Assembly: GCA_951406725.2 (NCBI GenBank)
Contig: OX597822.1
Span: 22,134,001-22,198,000 of the forward strand
DNA length: 64,000 nt
Source: Octopus vulgaris
Lineage: Eukaryota
Reading direction: 5' to 3'
The translations under genes and the position numbers were made by a program. Positions 27,463-40,128 of this stretch are shown here, piece after piece (positions within the stretch are counted from its first letter, which is position 1; each line of letters opens with the position of its first letter). The notes under the pieces are model-generated. The model was given only the letters and a program-made list of their open reading frames with translations, searched no databases and was not told the DNA's origin.

Positions 27463-27525
27463 AGATAACCGAAGAGATGGTGTTGTGGATTTCCACTTCG
27501 GCATCTGAAACTCAGAGTTTTATCT
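27463..27525 (+). ncRNA. Hammerhead-like motif (CCGAAGA core variant) in the inverted pLTR
   Basis: AGAUAA-CCGAAGA-GAUG...CAUC-U-GAAAC-UCAGA-GUU-UUAUCU; U4 replaced by C and one extra U before GAAA. Confidence 0.65.
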
Positions 27526-27790
27526 TGACTACCGAGTAATGTAACATATTGTATAGATATATATATATATATATATATATCTAATTAGATAAATGAACTA
27601 TCTTATTACGGATAATTCGAAAGATAACCGATACCTGGGTAGCAAACTCACAACAGAAAGAGCACGGTTGAAGTTACGACCATAGGGCATAAACTCCGTG
27701 CCTTAGTGCGGAAATTTGAAGTTTAATTTAATATAATAAGTATAGGAAAGAATGGAGCTGAACGAAGATTTAGCAAAATTCCTTTATTTT

Positions 27791-27876
27791 ATTTTCGACA
27801 TATGTTTCGAAGTCTGCAAAATCCCTAATTCCGAATGAATAAGGAGTCCATTATGCAGCTTTCTCTTCAGGAAAAT
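27791..27876 (-). ncRNA. Type I hammerhead ribozyme, canonical core
   Basis: Minus strand AUUUUC-CUGAAGA-GAAAGCUGCA...UGCAGACUUC-GAAAC-AUAU-GUC-GAAAAU. Confidence 0.88.
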
Positions 27877-27884
27877 CCAAGAAC

Positions 27885-28727
27885 TTCTCAAATACTAAAA
27901 ATCTCTCACAGATAATTGCCTCCCATAACAATAAGCTGCTAAATAAGGTCTCATCACCCATGAGCAGAGACACCACCCAGTCAAATTCCAACGTAACATA
28001 TAGTAATAATAATAATAATAGAAATAGCACAGATATTAGCAGCCTTCATACCAGCATTGGCGTTAGCAATAGTAATAAGGATAAGAGCACTGGCCTGGAC
28101 ATTAACGGAGGGGGTCTCAACAATAATAGTAGCAGCGTTCTTAACAACAGTAGTTTTACGGACAATAACAATCACAGCATTCCCAGAAACAGGGAATGTG
28201 CAGGTGATATTGCCTTAAATAGTAATGAAAATAGGATGAATAGTATCGTGCCCAAATCCAGCAGTAATTTTTACACCCATCATAGAAATAAGAACGCTGT
28301 ATTAGTATCGGAAACTAATCCCAATAGATTAAGGTTCTTATCAAATAACTCCAAAATTAGAAACACCACTTACCAGTGCAAAATTTCTACTGGATCCGAT
28401 GTCTACCTCTATATTGGCGCAACCTCCTCTAAATTAGCCACAAGAGTCTCAAATCATTTTTCCACGTTCCGAGATAAGAGTAAACAGCACACCACGGGGC
28501 TAAGCAAATTAGTCTGGCGTTTGAAGAACGCAAATTCAACTTTTAAGCTGGAATGGTCAATATTATCGGTGTCCTTACCATTTGATAAGGGCAGAAAAAT
28601 CTGTGCCCTCTGTAATTCCGAACTCTTTCATATTCTGTTTGCCCGAGGCCAAGTAATAAACTCGATGGTCAAGAGATCTTTCAGATGCTTACACTGGAAA
28701 AAGCATACCTTTCACTCATACCAATGA
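27885..28727 (+). pseudogene. C-terminal part of a PLE polyprotein: N/S-rich linker plus uninterrupted GIY-YIG endonuclease
   Basis: The frame is open upstream of the ATG at 27960 (FSNTKNLSQIIASHNNKLL, matching FSSTTNFKNIINHN of the neighbouring PLE). Motifs TTYQC..LYIGAT..RVSNHFSTF, LSKLVWRLK, EWSIL, CALC, CLH. Confidence 0.8.
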
Positions 28728-29176
28728 AGTCTAATATAGATAACCCCTGGATTTCCTACAAAATTAATTTGTGATATCTCATCCCTTTAGTTTATAAGAC
28801 TTTCTCATAATTGGTAAGAACTACTACCAATTCCAGTAGTACCCTTGTCTCTTGTCATTACTATTGTGGGCTCTTTCTGCCCACTCCCTCTTAAGTTGAC
28901 ACATTTGAACACACAGACACAGTCCTTTCACCTCCTGACCGTTAATTTTCTGTCTGCCTTCTACACACACATTCATGCATTCACAGACACACACACACAC
29001 ACACATTAAGGCAATTATACACACTCATACATACGAGCACTCATTCATAAAATAAATCAAATATAAACACCAGTCATACAGAATACATTCCCTCACCTTA
29101 ATATTCTTTTACCTTCCTTCTCCAACCTCGATTGAACCCTTGAACTATTTTAACTGCCAGTTTCTCCTACTTTCAA

Positions 29177-29203
29177 CCAATCTGACGTCACCCCCTATAA
29201 ATA
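29177..29203 (+). promoter_or_regulatory. Candidate Pol II promoter (CCAAT, CRE, TATA) in the PLE 3' region
   Basis: CCAAT-C-TGACGTCA-CCCCC-TATAAATA within 27 bp, in promoter order. Confidence 0.45.
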
Positions 29204-29293
29204 GACATTATTTATCATTATCGCTATGGGCTCCTCATGAGCAGTCATCGAAAAACTTGTTGTGCATTTTGTTGGCAAAAGAAGTTATATACT

Positions 29294-29341
<48 letters not shown>

Positions 29342-29992
29342 AGGTGACTCCAGGTCATCAGCATCACTCAGGTCATCACAGATTTTGCATAAGACACATG
29401 CCTGCTCGAAAAATTTCACATTTTTCCATAATATTTCTAGCCCCAAATAGGGCTAGAAATGTCCTCTTCATTGCTCTCTTGGCTGAGAGATCCTAGTCTT
29501 GCAGGCCCATAGGTACTTGTGACATGTAAAAGCATCTGTGCTGGTGCCATGTAAAACCATAGTGCCATATAGAAGTGCCTGTGCCAGTATCACATAAAAG
29601 CACTTAATACACTCTGTAAAGCGGTTGGTGTTAGGAAGAGCATCCAGCCATAGAAACCATGTCAAAACAGACTAATGGAACCCAGGCAGCTCTTCAGCTG
29701 GCCAGCTTCTTTCAAACCGTCCAGCCCATGCCAGCATGGAGAACAGACATTAAATGATGATGATGATATGCATGTGTGTGTGAGATTGTGAATATCATTG
29801 AGTTTATTTGTGTATTTGTGCGTGTATATTTTGTATGTAATTTGTGTCCATCTAGTTATATGGATTCATTGCATAAATCTGCTGAGGTACATAAGTAGAC
29901 TTCTCTTTGTTGGCTATGTTCCATAATTACAATATGTCTGGAATGGAGTATTGTTTTATTGATTATAATGAAGTTTTTTGCTTATGAATTTT

Positions 29993-30046
<54 letters not shown>

Positions 30047-30856
30047 CTGTAAAGTTATAGTTGTTCGTTTGAAGAATCAAAAATCTCTTCTTAATATCAT
30101 TCTTGTGCAATCATGTCTCTTTATAAACTTAGTCATAACTTATTATGGTTTTAGAGTTGTTGTTCTTTGATACAAGTGGTTGTTTCAGTGACACAAGTGG
30201 CTGTTTCAAAATAATACTTTCTCTAGATTGCTTTAATTGCTTACTAATCTTAGAAGTGCAGGCTGAGCTTATACTTCTAAGTACAAGCTGTTTTTGTTTG
30301 TCTTCATTAACGATAACCTTAACAGCAATTTGTGATTCATTGCTATTGAAATATTTTGAAAATGATATTGATAAATGAAACCTAAATATGCTGAGTAATA
30401 CACTGTTGAAACAAATGTAGAAAATAAGATGCAATTCATAATATGTACTTTACAAATTTAATAAAACTAATCAGAGTGAACCACCACTGTAGAATTCACT
30501 GGTGGATATTGACTGAGTTATTAGAACATCATAGAAAGTGTTTTAAATAATAATTATGAAATTATTGTATACAGTGCTGAGGTGCACCACAACATAGACA
30601 CTTTCAGATCTAATACCAGTGGTATTAGATCTGATATTTTATACTCTGAGTTCAAATCACATCAAGATCAACCTTGACTTCCATTCTTTTGGAGTTAATA
30701 AAAAAAATTAAAAAAAACAAAGTAAAAATCCAGTATGATGGAATGACTTGACTGTAAAACTGAGATACTGAATGCATTTTTGTATTTGTTCCAGCTCTTT
30801 GTATTCTGAGTTCAAGGCTTTACTTGTTGCTAAGCATTATTTTTCATGCAGTTTAA

Positions 30857-31070
30857 CTCTTTAGCATTCAGGTTACTGTGTCAAATGTAATGCTTGTTTA
30901 TTCCCATCATTTTGAATTAATCATGCATTATCTTGTAGATTTCAATAATGTTATTGTTAATTTTCAAAATGACATTATAGAGCATACATGGGAAGCTGAA
31001 TCTGGCCAGTTTGAACATAAAACAAGGTAGAATATTTAGACCAGATATAGCCTGTTTAAATGCTAAAGGG
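30857..31070 (-). mobile_element. TTAA-flanked MITE, copy 2
   Basis: TTAA-CTCTTTAGCATT...AATGCTAAAGGG-TCAA. Confidence 0.75.
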
Positions 31071-31155
31071 TCAACACCACCATCTGGCTCTTTGAGTGTG
31101 TTTAACAGTTCCTATTCTGTTGCAAACATTCTGCTTCGAGATACCTCCCTCTCTA

Positions 31156-31226
<71 letters not shown>

Positions 31227-33639
31227 TCTACTAGCCCTAGAGGTCCTATAAAGTGCCATGAGTATTGTCTTCCCACCTGATTATAAGATAATAATTTGAT
31301 CACATCCTTTCACATAAGTTTGAATATGAATACCGTTTATCTCATGTTGAGTAGTAAACCTAATCTATCATCTAATTTAACACGACCACTTAGCCATTGA
31401 ATACTTTCAGTGGCATTGAGTCTGTTGCAAACATTTGGACCAGGTTTCCAGTCCAAGAACAGCACCATATCTTCACATACTTACTTTTATTGCAATAATA
31501 ATCAACATCAACCTTGATACTTAGAGGAACTGCACTTATCCAGGGTGACAAGAATTGGTGGAATTATTAGAGGGTTTATCCTATCTGTTCAGGCTCCCTG
31601 AGTTCTGACCGACATTTGTGATGCTACTGATCCAAAACTGTATCAGCATTAGCTGATACAGTCTAACATCACTTTTCTGTGGACAATACTGGTGGTGTAA
31701 AGAGGTAGGATTTGCGTGCATGAGCAACTACTAGTCTATCACAAAAAAAAGAAAATGATTCCTTGCCTAAGACTGCATCTTGTAGAGGAATTTTCTAAGT
31801 GTGGTTCCATTTCCCTTTCCTTCCACCAGTAATGGTGGTTTCTCTTTTTTTTCACTAAATTATAAAATAGAATATAACAGTTCTGCAATTTTGCTTCAAC
31901 ACTATAACTTTACACCACTTTAAGTACAAGTAACAGTTAGTGGAGCAGAATTTGCTTCAGGTATGATTAATCAAAAACATTTGATCACAAAGTATCTATA
32001 TTGGAATGTATTGGTTAATTATTGAGAATTCCTTATATAGATATTAGCATTCATATGCAAAAAAAATAATAACTGATCTTCTCATATATGTTTTAATATC
32101 ATATATCTTTGATAACAAGGTCACTCTTTTGAGAAGATCAAGCAGTTGATTAAACTAACTCCAGAACTTCACAGGTAATTTATTTTAATGTCACAGGCAT
32201 GCCAGTTTGGTAAGTTGCTTTTGGTCTAGTCTGGTGCATGGTACCTTGGGCAAGTGTCTTCTACTATAGCCATGGGCCTACCAAAGCTTTGTGAGTGGAT
32301 TTCATTGACAAAAACTGAAAGAAATTCATCATACATATCAAAACAAACAGAAAAATTAAAGGTCCTTCCTGAGGCATAGGCTCTTAAAGCCAGTTTCCTG
32401 GATTCATTGGTATTTATATTCCCCACCCTGGATGAGACACCAGTCCATCTCGGGATTACTCATTTTTACCATCTGAGTGAACTGGAGCAATATGAAATGA
32501 GGTGCTTTGCTCAAGAACACAAAGCATCAATTGGTCTAGGAATCAAAATCCCAATCTCATGATTATGAAAGCAACACCCTAACCACTAAGTCACATACCT
32601 CCACTATCGTATGTATGAGCGCAAGTGGGAGAAAGAGAGAGAGAGATAGAAAGTGTGTGTTACTGTCTCTTTGTCTTGACATAATGCAATACTTGTAAGT
32701 AGAGCCTTTATTTCCAGCCTTCTGAGACATATCCAGCCATGGGGAAATATCACCTTACTTGGAAACAAGTGAGGGTTGGTGACACGAAGGCCATCCAGCT
32801 GTGAAAAAAGTCATCTCAACAAATTCCATCCAACCCATGCAAGCATGGGTAAGTGGAAATTAAAACAATGAGGATGATGGTGTCTATGATAAGGAGGAAT
32901 GGAAAATTGACCATACAAGGTTTTAGACTCAGAATGCAAATAAATAAACAAAAAAGAATAGAAATGAAAATAATGAAAAAAGGGGGAATTAATACTACAA
33001 GACATTTTGTCTGAGATTTTGCCAACCCTGTTGGTTTTTAACTCGTCCCTTGTAATATAACCGTATTTGAAGGGAGAATATGAGTAACAGCTACCTTCTA
33101 ACACTGAATGATTAAACAGATTAAGTCTACCACTTTGAGCTGTCAGTACTTATTACTCATAGTCTAACTTATGTGAATGAATACAATTAAGGGAAAGTCA
33201 ATTTATAACGGTATTCATACTAATTGATAACCATCTGTATAAGTAGTTTTAATAATTGAGATGTTAAGATCTTTAATAAACTGAAAATTAATTCTGAATA
33301 TACTAACCTTAGAGATTAAGATGAGTAGGTTTACTGCTGTATCTTTGACGTTGATTGAAGAATCCCAATTACAGCCAGGTTTTCTTAAAAGTAATTAGTG
33401 GAAAACTGTCAGTGAGGATTAATTAGCAATAATCATTTTAGTTTTGGTGCCTTTTCATTTTTCATCATTTCTTTAAATTAGCTGGTTTGCACTTAAATCT
33501 TCAATAAGGGTCTTAGATTTGTTGTTTGGTTCTTAGATTGGAATTTTGCTATAATATTGTGTGTGTGTGTGTAGTCTATGTTATAATATTGTGTGTGAAT
33601 GTGTATGTGTGTAAGTATATGTTAGCATATATGAGGGTA

Positions 33640-35050
33640 TTTGCCATCAAACAGATCAATTCAGAAAAGACTGCAGGTATTCCTTATATCACAGCTGAGG
33701 TTATTAAGCATGATTAGGATGTAGTGGCATATCCTATGATCACATTGATTGCCATGGTGTGGAATGGTTCACGAAATCCATAAGATTGGTGAAATATCCC
33801 ATACTGATTACACTATGCAAAGGAAAAGATGTTTACTGTAACATTAATGACTTCCATACTATTTCCTTATTTTTTACTATTGGTAAGCTGTTAGCCAGAC
33901 TTCATTGAACTGTTTGCTGATAAACATACATTTCATCATTTTAACAGAGTTTCAATGTGAAATCATCTCAAGTAAAAGCACTACATATATAATTCTATAG
34001 CATGAGACACTTGCAAGAGATGAGTATCGGAGAGAGATTTCCCTCTATCAAGTTTTCATTGCTCTATTGAAAGCTTTTGACACAGTGAATAGAAAGGCAC
34101 TTTGGGAAATAGTAGAAAACTTTGGTTACATACCTTTATCTTAATAATCACTTATAAAAAGACCTACAACACAAATAGTGCTCTGATGGAACTTATCTCT
34201 ATGAACAATGGTATTAAGTAGAGGTTTATAGCTGTACTAGCTATATTCACTATATACTTTACACTTATAATTGCCTGTGTATTTTAAGATTGCAGGCAAA
34301 GTGACTTCTAGATTACTTTGTCTGCTGTTGAACAACCAAACCATCTGATTTGAAGTATTTCAAAGCTAAATAAATTACTAGCTCTTGTTCATAATTTGTA
34401 GAACCTTGATGACTGTGACCTTGTGACTCAGAACAAACCATTAAAAAAATAATGGGCCCCTTCTTCAGTGCCTGTACTGATTTTGACAAAAACTAAGAGG
34501 TTTACATATATGTGGAACTAAATATACTTGTTCCAAGGATCAAAACCTAGAACATGTAGATTCTTTTGTATATCTTGGCACCTCTGTCACCTGGGATGGA
34601 CCCCTAGAGTCCAAGATTAACTGCAGGTCTTTAATTGTGTATGGGACACTTGAAGAATGAATCTAGTCAGACAGGGACTTAAAACTTTTGACCACCTTTT
34701 ATATTTATGATGTTTGTCATCACATCCTTTTTATATTCATTTGTAACATGGGTGCCATATCAATGGGACATTAAAATACTCGAAACATTTTTGCTAGAAA
34801 TGTTTAAAGTATATGCTAAATACCTGTTGAAAATGTTTCACACCTGACATAAAAGTACTAGAAAGGGCAAGCTATCTCCATATAGAAGCTCACCTTTTCA
34901 AGTATCATAAGAAATGGATTGGTCATGATGACATCAAGCTTCTTGGTGCTTTCAAATTGCTGAAGTAATTGCTTTATAGTGAATCAGCTTTTTGAAAGCA
35001 ACCCCAGTTCAAACCAAATCAGAGATTGTATATAATAAAAGACAACCTTA
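33640..35050 (+). mobile_element. Old decayed non-LTR (RTE-like) reverse transcriptase fragment
   Basis: LYQVFIALLKAFDTVNRKALWEIVENFG near 34050-34130, F.YLG-like motif near 34570; many stops. Confidence 0.7.
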
Positions 35051-36828
35051 AGTTTTTGAACATTAGCACTGTAAATTAGGAACATCTTACATAAAATACA
35101 AATTAATGGCAAGTTGAGACCATGAAAACAACCTGCAGCTTCATAAAAAACAGATTGGCCACCAAATAACATTGTTTATATGATATTTTGTTTATATTCA
35201 AGATGTACATCAAAACAAGGGAGCATACATGCTCATCCACACAGGCACACAAACACACACACATACATGTATATTCATACAGACATATATGTACATGTGT
35301 GTGTATGTGTCATCATCATTTTAATGTCAACCTGTGTGGGTCACACAGAATTCTCAGAGGCAGATTTTCTATGACCAGATGCCCTTCTTGTCACCAACCT
35401 TCACTTCTTTCAAAACAAGGTAATATTTCCCACTGGCCTGACACATTTTCATGAAAGAGTGGAAACAAACACCATAATTTGCATGATGGTGTCACTTGTT
35501 TGCAATTACCATGAAATGTTAAGACAAGGAAACACAAATACACAGGCACTTGAGCACACACACACATGCACATGCAAGCATTTGTGCTTGTATTCTTATA
35601 CACATTTATATACAATTGGCTTGTTTCAGTTTCCATTTACCAAATGAATGATGGAAGTACTTAAGTTTGTAAATCCTACATATCTGTGACTGAAACCAAT
35701 GGAATAGTAAATGCAAGATGAGATGAAATTTGTCAATAAAATGTCTGGTGTCAACTTGAATAAAACTGATCAGATGTGAACTATTATTTATCATTTGAAT
35801 TTATATGACATCAATATTAACCAGTATTACAATACAAGTATTATACTTATTTTATCAGGTACTGCATGAATTACGTTGTGTGTTCATTCTGGTGGCAACA
35901 TAATATGGCCGAAGCATAGAAGTTGTTATTGTTGCTGCCACAACCACTGCAGTTGTTGTTTAGCCTAGGTCATCTCTGATTGTAGTGAATGGTGATTATG
36001 CTATTGCCATTCATTCATTTTTGAAGCAGTAGAAAGTGATACGTCTGCTATGTCATGTGATCATACAGAAACTCACTCATTGGCTTGCTATGTATATGGT
36101 GTACAGATTCTTTCAAGTTTGATGAAAATTAACCAGAGATCTGACCCAAATGTTTGCCACAGACAGACTCTGCTAGCAGCACCCAGAGTGCTGATGTTGG
36201 GGTTTAAACTAGGTGAGGAATTGAGTCTATCCCCCAACTAAATCCTGGCAGATTTGAACTTAGAATGTTAAGTACCAGAACAAAATGTGTCTAAGGTCCT
36301 GAGAAAATCACTAGAGCATTGAATATCCCAACACATGCTCTAGTAATTTGCCCATACTCTAGCTCTTGGCTAGTACCTTTTATAGACTCCAGAATAACAA
36401 AAGGATAAGCTGGCTTCAGTGAGACACAAACTTAGAATTCACGATGCTCCAACAACTCTGCCAACCAGCTGCCTACTTGATGTTGTAAGTCAAGAAATTT
36501 TAATAAATTAAAATTAATTACTACCTTTCAATAATAAGAACAGTCGTTATCTAAATGATTAATTCTCATCAGAAAAGGCTGGGGTAGGTAACTCCAGAAT
36601 GCATGTTGTACTGTTCTGTGTCAGATCCATTCACTTTCTATAAATCCAGTTGGTATTGAAAATCTTTGAGTTGTTGATAAAATGTCATTAAAAGCAACTG
36701 AAAAATCTATCTTCGATTTTAAAGTGTCAGTAGAGTATGCCTTTTGTCTCCTCTTTGTCTCTTTTTAAATATTAATCTCAGAATCACATTATTTCCAATA
36801 TGTGTGTGTATGTGTACAAATAATAATC

Positions 36829-36870
<42 letters not shown>

Positions 36871-37222
36871 CTTACTGACATATTTATATTTGTCATATAG
36901 ATTTTCTTATCTACTCAGCAACCATATTCAGAAATATCATATGCTCACATATTCACACACAACCATGCAACATGTCGATATAAGTTTTTCTCTATTACAG
37001 ATAAGATGTAATATTTTTTAATATTCTCCACCATCTTTACCCTTACACCATGTAGAAAAGCATCAGTTTTTGACATTGATGGCACTCACTGCTTAAAATA
37101 TCACAGATTTTTCTCACCAACCCATATGAGCTTGGAAAAAAGAAGCAAAATAATATTATATGCATCATACATATATACATACACGCATACATATATACAT
37201 ACATACACATTTGTATGTATGT

Positions 37223-37310
<88 letters not shown>

Positions 37311-37360
37311 AAGGTTTGGAGATGATGTACAGGTATTATATATTAGAAGAAATATATTTC

Positions 37361-37405
<45 letters not shown>

Positions 37406-37744
37406 GATTTTATAAATATCCGTATACAAGTGAACATTGTATACTCCATCTTCAATCTTGATAATATTTTCTTTTTATACTGTTAAGTGGCTGTTCATAT
37501 TTTTCCTTATGACATATTCCCTATTTTCTTTCCACCTTTGATTTTCACTATTTTCGATGGTGAATCGATCAGTTAATTGAAACATTAACTTGAAATATTG
37601 CTGGTATTTTTGGTATTTGCTTCATGGATGTTTCAGTGGTTGATATAAAGCTGCAATAATGCTGAGATTTCCACCTTTAAGTAGATAAAGTTATCCTTGG
37701 TCATCAAAATAGTAAAAATTAACATAAGAAGAGTTTTCTTTATT

Positions 37745-37959
37745 CCTTTTTCTTTTATTTGTTTCAGTCATTTGACTGTGGCCATGCTGGAACACTGCCT
37801 TTTAGTTGAGCAAATCGACCCCAGGACTTATTCTTTGTAAGCCTAGTACTTACCCTATTGGTCTCTCCTGCTGAACCACTAAGTGACAGGGACGTAAACA
37901 CACCAGCATCGGTTGTCAAGTGATGTTGGGGGGACAAACACAGACACAAACATATACAT

Positions 37960-38007
<48 letters not shown>

Positions 38008-38170
38008 GACAGGCCTCTTTCAGTTTCCGTCTACCAAATCCACTCACAAGGCTTTGGTTGGCCCAAGGCTATAGTAGAAGACACTTGCCCAATGTGCTAC
38101 GCTGTGGGACTGAACACAGAACCATGTGGTTAGTAAGCAAGCTACTTACCACACAGCCACTCCTGCGCCT
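37745..38170 (-). mobile_element. tRNA-headed SINE with internal CA/TA microsatellite (CORE-like body)
   Basis: Minus head GGCGCAGGAGTGGCTGTGTGGTAAG..GTTCAGTCCC..TTGGGCAAGTGTCTT. Homologues at 1-915 (split), 10755-10900, 12880-13020, 32240-32330 and 39725-40128. Confidence 0.8.
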
Positions 38171-38619
38171 GTTATGAATTATTTTAAAGCAATATGTATT
38201 ATAGTTGTGTATATCTTAAGGGTGGTTTTCTCTTTACTTTCATCTTCTATTATTAAGAGAGCTTCTTTGTGTGGACTTAACCTCCTGCAAATAGCAGCTA
38301 AATCTTCCTCAAATTACCTGTTACTGTCTACACCAGTTAAATGATATAAGTAATGAAGTTGTAAGTATATGAAAATGGGGTGGTCACTTCTGGAACACTT
38401 GGTTGATCAGAGTAAACTTAGGAGCCAAGCAATAACAACTCCCCTTGTAGACTGTATTCTGAGATGAAAAATTTATGAATTTTGTTTATCATGCATACTT
38501 GAGCAACTCCATCATACTAGAACTAACAGCCAAATATTCTTGAAATCACACCCAACCATATGGAAAAGGGAAAGATCATACTATATGACATATTTCTACA
38601 ATATTTCTAAAGAGACGAA

Positions 38620-38838
38620 GGTGGTGAGCTGGCACAATTGTTAGCACACCGAGCATAATGCTTAGGGGCATGCTGTCCATCTTCATGTTTTGAGTTCAAA
38701 TTCCACCAAGATTGTCTTTACCTTTTATCCCTTTGGTGGTGGGCATCAATAAAACAAGTACCATTTGAGTACTGGGGTTGATGTAATTGACTTACTCCTC
38801 TCCTGAAATTGCTGGCCTTGTGTCTAAATTTGAAACCA
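38620..38838 (+). mobile_element. tRNA-derived SINE (Nin-domain-like)
   Basis: GGTGGTGAGCTGGCACAATTGTTAGC head, GAGTTCAAATTCC B box, body shared with the 3124-3957 copies. Confidence 0.75.
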
Positions 38839-39724
38839 ATATTTCTAAAGAGATGGGAGGGTTATGGCTGGAGTGCCTTTGTTCATAGATCTTCTTGATC
38901 AGGTATGGTCTAGTGTTAAGCAACAACAAATGATATCAGCAAAGGGAAGATAATGACAATAGTAGGTTGTTGCCTATTTTCGTTGCTGAATTGGCTAACA
39001 CCTACCAGGAAAGGAATGTGACTACTACAAATACTGACTAGAAAAACACAAAACCAAGTGCAAATATATTAACACAATATTTTTGATGTAAGTGAACAGG
39101 GTTCAAAATATAGTGTCTGCAGGTTATTTCCTGGATTAAAGAGAAGACTGGAACTCCCTTGGCACCTAAGCTTGTCAGTCAAGATTGACCATATATCTGT
39201 ACCTATTTGTACAGGTCTGGGAAAAGATTTTCTGTGCAAAACCAGCAGTTACCCATGCATCCCTGTGATCCATCTACATACTAAGTATTTTCTAAAGGAA
39301 GGGCTTTTTCTTAAAAGTTCATATGCAGGCCTTGTCATCAGAGTGTGAAGGGCTAGTAAAGGTACTGCAATATATTTCCCCTAATTCTCTTATACCTCTT
39401 CCAATCCATCACCCAGGATTGAAACTTGATTTATTGATCCTGGAAAGATGAAGGGAAAGGTGACTTCTGTTGGATTTGAACTTGCAACACAGCAAGTCAG
39501 AACAAAAGAAGAAAGGACACTTTTTATCTTATGAATCAACCAATATACAATCTTGGCAAGTTATGACATTCAATACAGTTGATGAATGAGAGGATGAAAG
39601 TTTGGTAAAGAAAATAAACTGCAATTGTACTGCAGGTATTCATATAAATAACCTGGATTTCAAATAACAAAATTGGCCATTTAAGATTCATTGACCGACA
39701 TATGACAAAAACAATCCTAGAGAT

Positions 39725-40128
39725 ATTCTTTTATTCTTTTGCTTGTTTCAGTCATTTGATTGCAGCTATGCTGGAGCACTACCTTATAGGGTTTTAGTTG
39801 AGGAAATTGATCCTAGGACTTATTCTTTGAGAGCCTAGTTCTTATTCTGTGGGTTTCTTTTGCCAACCCTTTAAGTTATGGGGCCATAAACACACCAGCA
39901 TCGATTTTCAAATGATGGTAAGGGATCAAGCACAGACACATAAATACATACATATATGTACACATACGAAAGGCTCCTTTCAGTTTCCATCTCCCAAATC
40001 CACTCACAAGGCTTTGGTCAACCTGAAGCTATAGTAGAAGACACTTGCCTGTGGTACCATGCAGTAGGACTGAACCCAGAAACATGTGGTTGAGAAGCAA
40101 GCTTCTTTCCACACAACCATGCCTGCAG
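39725..40128 (-). mobile_element. tRNA-headed SINE, same family as 37745-38170
   Basis: Collinear homology over head, body and tail. Confidence 0.78.

Larger units (their letters stand above)
25385..27559 (-). mobile_element. Penelope-like retroelement (Naiad-type), 5'-truncated, with inverted pseudo-LTR
   Basis: Minus-strand RT C-half (FDVSMGSYDGA, IYKDDAL, VNFLDVSLDL, YKPYRKPND) and GIY-YIG endonuclease (CSCRNKELCPLNGAC, IIY..YVG.T..FKARFNNH, CGLC, ELFGSCPH). ~580-bp inverted duplication 25449-26030 / 26978-27559. (TA)n on both flanks. Confidence 0.92.
27581..29295 (+). mobile_element. Second, divergent Naiad-type PLE fragment: inverted ribozyme segment, linker plus GIY-YIG, 3' non-coding region
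   Basis: Bounded by (TA)n at 27557-27580 and 29296-29337; minus-strand hammerhead at the 5' side; plus-strand endonuclease frame. Confidence 0.8.

Noticed and set aside
27960-28727. Stand-alone domesticated nuclease gene
   Set aside because: PLE linker homology continues in frame upstream of the ATG, and the block is bounded by a ribozyme segment and TA tracts, so a truncated transposon is more parsimonious.
29230-29290. CTCATGA...AAAAG hammerhead-like remnant downstream of the TATA box
   Set aside because: Core mismatches and no supportable stems I or III.
35859-35905. VLHEL after an AG acceptor, as a possible HEXXH exon
   Set aside because: No second His and an in-frame stop soon after.
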